This document shows, in pieces, positions 50,275 through 59,485 of a stretch of DNA of 64,000 nt. Both the position numbers and the translations under genes were made by a program. Origin of the DNA: Candidatus Heimdallarchaeota archaeon (GTDB lineage Archaea > Asgardarchaeota > Heimdallarchaeia > Heimdallarchaeales > Heimdallarchaeaceae); contig JAUWPI010000001.1 of NCBI GenBank assembly GCA_030611665.1, forward strand, positions 97 to 64,096. Direction: 5' to 3'. The stretch's first letter is position 1. Each line of letters starts with the position of its first letter. The notes beneath the pieces were generated by a model. It made no database searches. It was given only the letters and a program-made list of their open reading frames with translations, and was not told the origin of the DNA.

Positions 50275-51009
50275 ATGCATGGACTACCAAAAGGAAAAAG
50301 AAAGGTTTTTAGAAAAGATAATATTGTTCAACAAATTATTCTAGGAGTGCTTATTCTAGCAAGCGTTATTTTCGCATTTCTCTCAGATGAACCCATGCTT
50401 AAGTTCTTAGCGGGTATAATGCTGGCAATTGTAGCTGTCGTTATACTTTCCTACTATATGCTTGAATTCTTCACAGGTAAAGGTTATGTTGTTGCAAGTG
50501 CTATCAATGAAGCATTATATCTAGTGCTAGGCATTCCAATATTGGTCATATCTGCTGGTTTTTTACCCGTTAGTTTCTACGTATCATTTTCTCCTGGAAC
50601 AGTTACTGAACTTGTTAAAATAGTATTATTAGTTGTACTAGGAATAATCGAAATTGCTGCTATTATGTTTCTTATCAAACGTTATCTTCGAGAGAAAAAG
50701 ATGAACGTAAGACAATATTTCAAATATATTTTTGACTTCAAAGCTCGAGCTATAGGACATAAAAAATTCCAAGAAAGAGTAGACCAAATCGATCACTTTT
50801 ATGATGATTTAAGTAAAGTCAGTGACAAACTTGCCAAGAAGAGGGAAGAACGAGCAACAGGTTTTGAAGATTTTGATTTCAGAGAAAGAGCTGATCAATT
50901 AGGTTTACGAAAAATCAAAGAGATTAAGTGTTGGAACTGTCAAGGTGTCAATGAAGAAAATTCTGTTTTCTGCTCTACTTGCAGTGCACCCCTGAAGAAA
51001 GAGCAATAA
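50275..51009 (+). CDS. Membrane protein with C-terminal zinc ribbon
   Basis: 4 TM helices, a cytoplasmic coiled region, and a C-terminal CWNCQG...CSTCSAP motif. Confidence 0.45.
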   Translation: MHGLPKGKRKVFRKDNIVQQIILGVLILASVIFAFLSDEPMLKFLAGIMLAIVAVVILSYYMLEFFTGKGYVVASAINEALYLVLGIPILVISAGFLPVSFYVSFSPGTVTELVKIVLLVVLGIIEIAAIMFLIKRYLREKKMNVRQYFKYIFDFKARAIGHKKFQERVDQIDHFYDDLSKVSDKLAKKREERATGFEDFDFRERADQLGLRKIKEIKCWNCQGVNEENSVFCSTCSAPLKKEQ

Positions 51010-51074
51010 GAAAACTTATTTGCTAATACGTGTTCTTTAGGAATACTCCTTATAAATGTACGAGGTTATTGAAG

Positions 51075-51764
51075 ATGAATTCTAAAGATATCAATTCAAG
51101 TTTGCTAATTATCTTCGATTTTGACGGTGTTTTGGCTGATTCTAAGGACGCTTATGCTGCTCAAATGAAGGAAACTATTGAAAGCATATCTAAGAAGACT
51201 TTTTCTGAAGAAGTTTTTAGCGAGAGAGTTGGGAATACTGACCAAAAAGATGACTTCAGATTCTTCTTAGAAACTGAAGATAAAAGGATAATAATTGAAG
51301 CTGTAAAGAAGTATGAAGAACTCACACCAAAATATGAACACCTTCGTTCTCTCTATCCTGGTATTAGAGAAATAATAGAATCTTTGCATAATACTCACTA
51401 TACAGGAATTGTGTCTCGAAAACCACAACATAGAATGGAATATTGGTTGAATTTCTATAATATACAAGACTATTTTGATTACCCTATTGGTACTGTTGAA
51501 AACACAAAAAGTCATGCAATTAGAAGAATAATGACACACTATGGTTTTTCTAATGAAAGAACGATAATGATTGGTGATACTGAATTTGATATTAAAAGTG
51601 CAAAAGAAGCAGGAGTAATTACTGTAGCCGCAACATATGGTTCAAGTAAACCAGATGATCTCCTAGAACTAGAACCAGATTTTGTACTAAACGAGCCAAA
51701 AGAGATTAAAGCTTTAGTTGACAAAGTCATGAAAATTGTTCCTAAAAAATTGCATATGTTTTAA
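51075..51764 (+). CDS. HAD superfamily hydrolase (phosphoglycolate phosphatase/beta-PGM-like)
   Basis: Motif I IIFDFDGVLADS, motif II GIVSRK, and motif IV GDTEFD. Confidence 0.7.
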   Translation: MNSKDINSSLLIIFDFDGVLADSKDAYAAQMKETIESISKKTFSEEVFSERVGNTDQKDDFRFFLETEDKRIIIEAVKKYEELTPKYEHLRSLYPGIREIIESLHNTHYTGIVSRKPQHRMEYWLNFYNIQDYFDYPIGTVENTKSHAIRRIMTHYGFSNERTIMIGDTEFDIKSAKEAGVITVAATYGSSKPDDLLELEPDFVLNEPKEIKALVDKVMKIVPKKLHMF

Positions 51765-51788
51765 ATATATTCAGTTTTTAATCTAGTT

Positions 51789-52589
51789 ATGAAAATTGGT
51801 TTCCTTCAGTTCGAACCCCTCTTTTGTCAAGTTGAGAGTAATCTAGATAAATTGTCTTCAATGATAGAAAAAGCACCTGATTTTGATTTATTGGTATTAC
51901 CTGAGTTAGCAAATTCTGGATATGTTTTTTCAAGTAAGAGTGAGTTAGTTAAAGCAAGCGAAATTATTCCAGATGGCATATTTGTCGAAAAATTGTCCGA
52001 AATAACAAAATCGAGAAATTCAGTCATTGTTTGTGGAATCTGCGAAAAAAAAGGAGCAGACTTTTACAATTCCTCGGTTCTGATTGGTCCAGATGGATTT
52101 ATAGGAAAGTACCAGAAAATACACTTGTTTGATAGAGAAAAACTGTTTTTTCAACCTGGAAATGGGCCTTTAATATCTTATGAAGTTAAGGGAATGAAAA
52201 TTGGCATGTTAGTTTGTTTTGATTGGATATTTCCAGAAGCGACTAGAGTATTAGCTTTAGAGGGAATTGATATTTTAGCACACTCTGCAAATTTAGTACT
52301 ACCTTATAGTCAAACGGTTATGCTTGCAAGATCAATAGAAAATAGAATATTTACAATTACTTCTAACCGAACAGGAACTGAAAAAAATGGTGGAATTGAG
52401 TTGACATTTACTGGACAGAGTCAAATCACTTCTCCTAAAATGGAATTATTAGCGAGTACTGGAGTAGACACCGAAGAAATAAAAATTGTAGAAATTGATA
52501 TAGAGCTCGCTCGCAATAAATGGCTTAATGAAAGAAATAATGTGTTGTTAGATAGAAGGAGCAAAATGTATTCAAAACTTCTAAAGTAA
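51789..52589 (+). CDS. Carbon-nitrogen hydrolase (nitrilase superfamily)
   Basis: Catalytic E-K-C triad context: LPELANSGY, KIHLFD and MLVCFDWIFPE. Confidence 0.8.
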   Translation: MKIGFLQFEPLFCQVESNLDKLSSMIEKAPDFDLLVLPELANSGYVFSSKSELVKASEIIPDGIFVEKLSEITKSRNSVIVCGICEKKGADFYNSSVLIGPDGFIGKYQKIHLFDREKLFFQPGNGPLISYEVKGMKIGMLVCFDWIFPEATRVLALEGIDILAHSANLVLPYSQTVMLARSIENRIFTITSNRTGTEKNGGIELTFTGQSQITSPKMELLASTGVDTEEIKIVEIDIELARNKWLNERNNVLLDRRSKMYSKLLK

Positions 52590-52655
52590 TCAAATTTAAC
52601 TAGATGATTTGTTAAAAAAGAGTTTTAAGTTAAGAATTTTAAGGAATAATTACAA

Positions 52656-53555
52656 ATGAATCCGAATCAACCAAAAAGAAAAAATGGTTATGTTCCTCAC
52701 AAAGCTGCAGCTGAATTCAAACCAACATATGATTGGTCAAAGGCAGAAGCTGGAAAGATGTTTCTAGACCGAGAATTTTCTTTTGACGTTGATAAGGTTT
52801 TTTTTGATGATTGTGTTCAAGAATTAAGAAAATTACCCTCAGAAAGTATTGATATGATTGTAGCTGATCCTCCATTTGGACTTAATTTTGGAGAAATGGA
52901 AGTTCTTTACAATCGCAATAGTGATTTAGTTGCAAAAGGATATAAGGACGTTGAGATAAATGATTATTCTTCCTTCTGCAAAAGCTGGATTCAGGAACTC
53001 CCTAGAGTTTTAAAGGAAGATGCTGGGGTCTGGATATTTAGTGGTTGGACGAATTTGGTCGATATTCTCAATGCTCTTAAAGAAAGTAATCTAAAACTGA
53101 TAAATGATATTGTCTGGAAATACCAATTTGGTGTTTTCACAAAGAGGAAATTTGTTACTAGTCATTATCATATTCTTTTTGCTGTTAAGGATGAAAAGAA
53201 ATATTTCTTTAATAAAATTGAACATTATCCACTGGATGTCTGGGAAATAAACAGAGGTTATCAAAGAGGCAAAAAGAAAAATGCAACTAAGCTTCCTGTT
53301 CAGGTAGTTCAACGATGTATTGACTTTGGTAGTGAACCTGGAGATCTGATTCTTGATCCGTTTATGGGTAATGGTACAACTGCTGCAGCAGCACTTAGTT
53401 CTTACCGTCATTTCTTAGGATATGAAATTAATCATTCATTAAACGAAATCATTGCAGAAAATGTCTTGAACATAACATTAGGTCAAGATTACAAACAATA
53501 TAGCAAAAGACCAGATGAATTAGTAGAAAAGGCAAGAAAGAAATTCAAAAAATAA
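52656..53555 (+). CDS. Beta-class DNA methyltransferase (N6-adenine or N4-cytosine), apparently orphan
   Basis: Motif IV IVADPPFG precedes motif I LDPFMGNGTT; no restriction-endonuclease-like neighbour. Confidence 0.75.
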   Translation: MNPNQPKRKNGYVPHKAAAEFKPTYDWSKAEAGKMFLDREFSFDVDKVFFDDCVQELRKLPSESIDMIVADPPFGLNFGEMEVLYNRNSDLVAKGYKDVEINDYSSFCKSWIQELPRVLKEDAGVWIFSGWTNLVDILNALKESNLKLINDIVWKYQFGVFTKRKFVTSHYHILFAVKDEKKYFFNKIEHYPLDVWEINRGYQRGKKKNATKLPVQVVQRCIDFGSEPGDLILDPFMGNGTTAAAALSSYRHFLGYEINHSLNEIIAENVLNITLGQDYKQYSKRPDELVEKARKKFKK

Positions 53556-53566
53556 TTAGTAATAGA

Positions 53567-54154
53567 TTATTTATCTTCCATTCTTATTAATATGTTCATC
53601 TCAAAAATGAAAAACAAATATGCCGCTAATCCAATGCATACTGTTCCAATGATTAACGGGTCTGGAATGAGAAACCATCCTAGAAATGAAAGTGAGAAAA
53701 ACAGCAGTTCTATAAAGATCATTACTCTACTAAACCAGTATTTCTTCAGAAAGAAGTATTTAGTTCTAACTTCTAAATTTTCTTCCTTAAGCATGCCTAA
53801 ATAGATTTTTCGATACTTTGGTAGAGGTAAGAGGGGAAGCCCCCAATCTAGTAAATCAAACAAGAGATGGTAGATTGCTCCTAGACCAAAATAAAGAAAA
53901 TAGTCAATAAATTCTGTAGTAGTATATCTGAGGATTAAGAAAATTGCTGATAAGAATACCCAAAACAATAAGGAGTGAAAAATGTAAAAACGGTGATTTT
54001 TTTCTTTAAGAAATGTTGATAAGAAGCTATCTAGATCAATTAATACACTGCCAGCTAAGAAGTTGATACCTAGTATCCATGGGAAATCTGGTATATTAAG
54101 GTAAATTATTCCCAATAGGAAAAGAGAACTATGGAAATGAGCTGTTGGTCGCAT
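53567..54154 (-). CDS. Membrane-bound metal-dependent hydrolase-like protein (DUF457/YdjM-like)
   Basis: N-terminal His, and D.D and HxxxH-like patterns within 4-5 TM helices. Confidence 0.35.
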   Translation of the reverse strand: MRPTAHFHSSLFLLGIIYLNIPDFPWILGINFLAGSVLIDLDSFLSTFLKEKNHRFYIFHSLLFWVFLSAIFLILRYTTTEFIDYFLYFGLGAIYHLLFDLLDWGLPLLPLPKYRKIYLGMLKEENLEVRTKYFFLKKYWFSRVMIFIELLFFSLSFLGWFLIPDPLIIGTVCIGLAAYLFFIFEMNILIRMEDK

Positions 54155-54289
54155 CTAATTATCTTTATCACTTATGTAAAATAATTCTTTCGTATAGATT
54201 CCATACTTGAAATCTTAAACTATTCTTATTTGAGAAATATTTATCAATTCATAATTTATAAATCAGCGATTCACATTTGGTGGTTTAAA

Positions 54290-55075
54290 TTGAGGAAAGA
54301 AAGTATATTTATTGCATGTATATTGATATTGATCTCTCCTGCTATGACATCAGCTGCAACACAAACGAACTTATTATTCAGTGACAGTGATACTTTAGAT
54401 GCAGGGTATTTTGTTAGATATAGAGATTCTATTACTCATTCAGGCTCTACAGTTAGAGTAGAATTGTCTGTTAATGGAATTGTGGATTTCTGTGTTTGTA
54501 CAGCAGGTGCGTTTGAAGCTTGGAATGATGGTGGTTCAGAGCCGTATTAGTACTATTTTGCCGATTTCTCTTTTTCACTTAGCACTGGGAGTTATGATTT
54601 TGTTCTGATAAACTGGGGTTATTCAACAGTTTCTTATTCTATATCTGCTTATGAAACTTATACCTATACTCCCACGCCCACTACTCCTCCACCGACAACT
54701 AATTCTCCAAGTTCAGAAACTCCAAGTATCGGAGCAGGGCTTTGGATAGGATTATCTCTAGGAGCGGCTTTTGTTATTGTAGTAACTGTTTTTGGTTTGA
54801 TAATGAGAAAAAGACAAAAAGCGAAAAGACAACAACAGCAACAAGCGTATAATACATATAGAGCTCCAAGCTCCCTTATGTATCAACAATCACAACCACA
54901 AGCACCATCTTACGAGGATATAATTCCTCGAGCGCCGTATCAACCTACGGAACCTATTATCACAGATCCAAAACCTATAGACGAGAAAATTGGTAGGTTA
55001 AGTTTCTGTCCAAGTTGTGGTATTCAAATAACCGATAATGGTAAATTCTGTACCAATTGTGGAGGAAAATTATAA
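54290..55075 (+). pseudogene. Paralog of the downstream gene, interrupted by a single in-frame TAG at 54548-54550; otherwise an intact reading frame
   Basis: ORFs 54230-54550 and 54797-55075 are in the same frame and, with the intervening sequence, align along their length with the 55270-55992 protein. A TTG start at 54290 gives a signal peptide. Confidence 0.55.
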
Positions 55076-55269
55076 TTTAGTTCTCCATTTTTTATTCTTT
55101 TTTTTTATCAATAAACAAATTAATCTACAAATATTGAATCAACTTTTTGCTCCAAAATTAATTTAGAAAGGTTTAAGAAATCATTGAATCTCATCTTTAA
55201 CTAACTGATCCATATATTATTACATTTATCTAAACATTGATTTGATCGAAATTTAATAGAACTATAAGA

Positions 55270-55992
55270 GTGAAAACATTGAGGAAAAAATTACTATTTA
55301 TTGGATTTTTTATATTACTGGTTTATTCTAGCACTGCTCTTGCTCAAACAGAAACAGAAACAGAAACTATTGTCTCTGATAATGATACTCTAGAGGGGGG
55401 GCATTTTGTTCTCTATCGGAGAGATATATCATATGAAGATACAAGTGTAACAGTTGTATTGAGCTCAAGCGAACCCATAGAATTTGGTGTTTGTGATGAC
55501 CCTGATTTAGAAAAATGGAATGATGATGAAGGACCTTATCCAGACTGGTACTATAATGCAGAAGATGTATTAACAAGAACAATGACATTTATTTTGGACA
55601 GTGGATCTTATGATTTTTGTCTTTTGAATTGGGGAGTAAATCCATCCAGTTATAGCATAACTGTAACAATTACATTTGACCCTTCAAATACAAGCAGCGG
55701 AAATACAATCTGGTATGTTATTGTCTCATTAGCAGTCATTGGTGGTCTAATTGCTATATACTTGTTCATGCGATCCAAAAGCAAAAAGACTCAACAACCG
55801 TATTCCCAGCAATCAACTTATGATTCTAGGCAAATTTATACTCCATATCAAAGTCCAACCACTGAACAACCTTCTTATACAGCTCAACCACCTGCAACCA
55901 TTACCCCAATTGGAAAAAACGTTTGTCAGAACTGTGGTGCATATTTGGAGAGCGATGCTAAATTCTGTACTAATTGTGGAAGCCAGATATAA
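55270..55992 (+). CDS. Secreted single-pass membrane protein with Q/P/Y-rich cytoplasmic tail and C-terminal zinc ribbon
   Basis: Signal peptide, an ~140-aa ectodomain (SDNDTLEGGHFVLYRRD...), a TM helix, and a CQNCG...FCTNCG zinc ribbon. Confidence 0.5.
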   Translation: MKTLRKKLLFIGFFILLVYSSTALAQTETETETIVSDNDTLEGGHFVLYRRDISYEDTSVTVVLSSSEPIEFGVCDDPDLEKWNDDEGPYPDWYYNAEDVLTRTMTFILDSGSYDFCLLNWGVNPSSYSITVTITFDPSNTSSGNTIWYVIVSLAVIGGLIAIYLFMRSKSKKTQQPYSQQSTYDSRQIYTPYQSPTTEQPSYTAQPPATITPIGKNVCQNCGAYLESDAKFCTNCGSQI

Positions 55993-56022
55993 TCTCCTTT
56001 TTTCCTTTTCCTTTTCCTTTTA

Positions 56023-56250
56023 TCAAAGAAATTCCTTTGCTAAATTGCAGTAAACTTTTAACGAAAGCTCAACTGTTTTTAGGCTAATTCTCTCGTCAAC
56101 TCCATGTCCTAGACTAACAATTTCATTCATTGGTGTTTCTGGATTGAAAAGAGCAAATCCATATGTATCTACATTTTTTTCTCGTAAAAATCTTCCATCA
56201 GTTGCCCCACCTGCAATTAAGGGAACAACGCTCGCATCACTTGTTCTGAA
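56023..56250 (-). pseudogene. C-terminal remnant of an M20 family peptidase (ArgE/DapE-like)
   Basis: The minus-strand frame translates SDASVVPLIAGGATDGRFLREKNVDTYGFALFNPETPMNEIVSLGHGVDERISLKTVELS..., typical of an M20 C-terminus. It is bounded by a stop with no start or upstream continuation. Confidence 0.45.
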
Positions 56251-56394
56251 TCAATTCAATCAGAAGTTGATTAGTATCATCAATGTATTTGCTTTCCATT
56301 CTATTTCAACACTAACACACTTTGATATTCATCTGTTTAAATCAATATTGGTATTTAGAACGATTTTTAAAACTCAAACTAAACTGTAAGTTGG

Positions 56395-57153
56395 ATGAGT
56401 AATATTTCCCAAATTGAAAGAGATGTTGATAATATAGCTGAAATGATAAAAGATTCATCATATTTAGTTGTCTTTACAGGTGCAGGGATAAGCACAGAGT
56501 CAGGTCTTTCAGATTTTAGGGGAAAAGATGGGATATGGACGCGGAAAGAGAAAGGTCTACCTCCAAAACAAGGGAAACACTTTGATGAAGTTAAACCAAA
56601 TAAAGCTCATTATGCAATCAAAGAATTGCAAGATATGGGATTGATGAAATATCTAATCTCACAAAATGTGGATAATCTACACCTAGAATCCGGTATTGAT
56701 TCATCCCTAATAGCTGAACTACATGGGAATTATAAATTGATGAAGTGCATTGAGTGCGATGAGAGATTTACAAGGGTTGAACTTAAATGGGATAGAGAAC
56801 TTCATGGTAGAGGTTTCAGGACTGAACCACAACAAGATAATCAACCTGTGTGTTTAGAATGTGGTGGGAAGATTATTTCATCTGTCGTAAATTTCAATGA
56901 TCCTATGCCTGAAAAGGAAATGCGCATATCTAAGGACCATGCAGCAAAATGTGATCTAATGCTAATCATAGGTTCGAGTTTATCTGTTCAACCTGCATCA
57001 AATTTTCCACGAAAGGCTAAGAAGAATGGAACAAAATTGATAATTATTAATATTGATCTAACTTCACAAGATGATTTGGCAGACATTAGAGTTACATATA
57101 GAGCAGGGGATATTTTGCCTCAGATTGTAGAAAAAATAAAGGAAATACTATAA
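56395..57153 (+). CDS. cobB: NAD-dependent protein deacylase, Sir2 family
   Basis: GAGISTESGLSDFRG, with zinc-binding CIECDE...CLECGG and a VNFNDP motif. Confidence 0.85.
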   Translation: MSNISQIERDVDNIAEMIKDSSYLVVFTGAGISTESGLSDFRGKDGIWTRKEKGLPPKQGKHFDEVKPNKAHYAIKELQDMGLMKYLISQNVDNLHLESGIDSSLIAELHGNYKLMKCIECDERFTRVELKWDRELHGRGFRTEPQQDNQPVCLECGGKIISSVVNFNDPMPEKEMRISKDHAAKCDLMLIIGSSLSVQPASNFPRKAKKNGTKLIIINIDLTSQDDLADIRVTYRAGDILPQIVEKIKEIL

Positions 57154-57341
57154 CTTAGATTATGTTTTCTATGAAACATTTCGCACATTTCTTAGTGTAA
57201 AATTCAATATGTTTTTAATGCAAAAAACAATCAGTTAAACATTAAAACTAAATCATTCATTCTAGATTAAGCAAATAGCTACTCTGGTAAGGGTTATAAT
57301 TGAGGCAATCAACAGAAGAAGATTATTCTCTAGCTGAAGAA

Positions 57342-59477
57342 ATGATAATTAAAGGAAATTACATTTCAGCATTAGATACTATTGAGAAAGCTGAACAAAT
57401 CTCTGAGATAGCTCCAGGGAGTAAATTGAAATTTCAACTTCTTAAAGCTCGAATTTTGCTCGATTTAGGTGAATATCAAAAGGCCCTAGTTTTGTCTATA
57501 AATACTTTTCAAGAAAGTGAAAAACTGTGTGAAAGAGTGCTGATGATTGATTCAAAAATCAGTGTGATTGCTTCCAAGCGATACTTAGGTCAATTCAAAG
57601 AAGCAAATGAAGTTGTTATAGAAACTGAGACCTTAATTGCTGACGCAGAAGAGTCAAATGAAATTGATTTAAAATTGCAAGAAGCAAGACTTCTCTTCAA
57701 TAAAGGTATTTGTGGAAGAGCAACAGGAAATCAAGATGTGACAGATGAATGTCTTCCAAAAAGCATAGAAATATTCGAGGCACTAAACAATAAACCCGAA
57801 TTATGTGATTCTCTAGAAGCTAAAGCTATGAATATAGATGCAAGTAAAGATTTCAGGTTAGCTATTGAAACCTTGATGAAAAGTTTGAAAATAAGGGAGG
57901 AAATTGGTAATAAACAAAGATTGGCAAATACTTACAATAGGATTGGAGTACATACTTCTAATTTAGGATTAAATGATGAAGCTTTAGATTACTACATAAA
58001 GGGATTGGAAATAGCTGAAGAATTAAAGAATAAAGATTTGATAGCTATCTTTACTTTGAATATGGGAAATATTAGTAGTAAGAAGGGACAGTTGGCAAAA
58101 GCTCTCAATTCTTATCTTGAAGCACAACAACTTAGTAGGTTAACTGGAAACAAACATATGTCTGCTGCCATTCTGATTAATATTGCTGATATTTACTTAA
58201 AGAGAGGAGAAATTGAAAAAGCATTAGAATACAATAAGCTAGCATTAAAAGACTTTGAAGATTTGAATTTTAGACAAGGAATTGCAGCAATATTGAGAAA
58301 TATTGGAAAAGTATATTATACAAAAGGAAATCTGGAATTAGCCTCAACATTTTTCAATGAAAGTTTGTCAATCAGGCAAGAACTTACCGACATACAAAGT
58401 TGTGCAGAGATTCTATATAATTTAGTTACAATCTATTTGGATGAAGGTCTTCTTGAGCAAGCTAAAGATTATCATAGCCAATTAGAAAAGATAAAAGAGC
58501 GAAATTTACTCCCACTCATCAATCACTTATACTGTATTTCAGAAGCTAAACTGCTAAAATCAACTCCTCGACTTAAAAACCGAGTTGTGGCGGAAGAACT
58601 TCTTCGATCGGTTATTGAAGATGATATTATTAGTCACACAATTACAATTGATGCATATCTGCTGTTATGTGAATTATTACTTGATGAACTGATGTTACTA
58701 GGTGACAAATCTGTTCTTGATGAATTAACCGAATACATAGAAAATCTATTTGATATTGCAAAAGCTCAGCAATCGCATTCTCTATTGGCAAAAACCTATT
58801 TGTTAAAATCACAATTAGCTCTTATTAATTTTGATGTAGACAAAGCCAAAGGTCTCCTAAGTCAAGCTCTGTTTATAGCTGAAGAAAGGGAAATGCACGG
58901 GTTAGCTTACGACATTTCAAAAGAATATGACAACCTTATCAATAACAAAGAAGATTGGATTTTATTAGCACAGAGAAATGCTCCATTAAGTGAAAGACTG
59001 GCTTTAATCACGATGAATGATGCTCTTCAGACAATGATAGGTAACAAGGGTATTGCTCTACCAGAGATAATACAAGAAGAACCAGTGTATATCATAATTC
59101 AGAATGATTCTGGAAAAACTATTTTCACAGAGGAATTCCAATCTCTTTCTAAACTCGATGGAGCTTTAATTGGTGGATTCATCGCCGCACTTAATTCCTT
59201 TGTCCAAGAACTGTTTCATACTCCAGGACATATTGAACGAATAAAACATCAAGATTATACTTTGGTTTTAAAGATACATGAAGGCCTATTAATTACTTAT
59301 ATCTACAAAGGACAATCATATTCTTCTATAAAAAAATTAAACAATTTTGTTGATTCTCTTTCAACAACTCCTGATTTATGGAAGACACTGCAAAAAAGCT
59401 CAACATCTCCTAAAATGTTGAATGAAGAAGAGATATTTTCCATACGGAAAATATCTGAAAGCTGTTTTGTTCTTTAA
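57342..59477 (+). CDS. Large TPR-repeat protein with non-TPR C-terminal domain
   Basis: At least 8 TPR-like units in the N-terminal 500 aa and a ~120-aa globular tail. First ATG is at 57342; the ORF track begins at a TTG at 57300. Confidence 0.6.
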   Translation: MIIKGNYISALDTIEKAEQISEIAPGSKLKFQLLKARILLDLGEYQKALVLSINTFQESEKLCERVLMIDSKISVIASKRYLGQFKEANEVVIETETLIADAEESNEIDLKLQEARLLFNKGICGRATGNQDVTDECLPKSIEIFEALNNKPELCDSLEAKAMNIDASKDFRLAIETLMKSLKIREEIGNKQRLANTYNRIGVHTSNLGLNDEALDYYIKGLEIAEELKNKDLIAIFTLNMGNISSKKGQLAKALNSYLEAQQLSRLTGNKHMSAAILINIADIYLKRGEIEKALEYNKLALKDFEDLNFRQGIAAILRNIGKVYYTKGNLELASTFFNESLSIRQELTDIQSCAEILYNLVTIYLDEGLLEQAKDYHSQLEKIKERNLLPLINHLYCISEAKLLKSTPRLKNRVVAEELLRSVIEDDIISHTITIDAYLLLCELLLDELMLLGDKSVLDELTEYIENLFDIAKAQQSHSLLAKTYLLKSQLALINFDVDKAKGLLSQALFIAEEREMHGLAYDISKEYDNLINNKEDWILLAQRNAPLSERLALITMNDALQTMIGNKGIALPEIIQEEPVYIIIQNDSGKTIFTEEFQSLSKLDGALIGGFIAALNSFVQELFHTPGHIERIKHQDYTLVLKIHEGLLITYIYKGQSYSSIKKLNNFVDSLSTTPDLWKTLQKSSTSPKMLNEEEIFSIRKISESCFVL

Positions 59478-59485
59478 TCTGTTTT

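Noticed and set aside
54548-54550. Pyrrolysine (amber) recoding as an explanation for the in-frame TAG
   Set aside because: No pylT or pylSBCD genes are in this window and no other in-frame TAGs were noticed in confident genes, so pseudogene or error is more parsimonious. It is kept as an open check in the findings.
56144-56389. 81-aa plus-strand ORF
   Set aside because: It overlaps the M20 remnant antisense, has no motifs, and sits in a degraded intergenic region.
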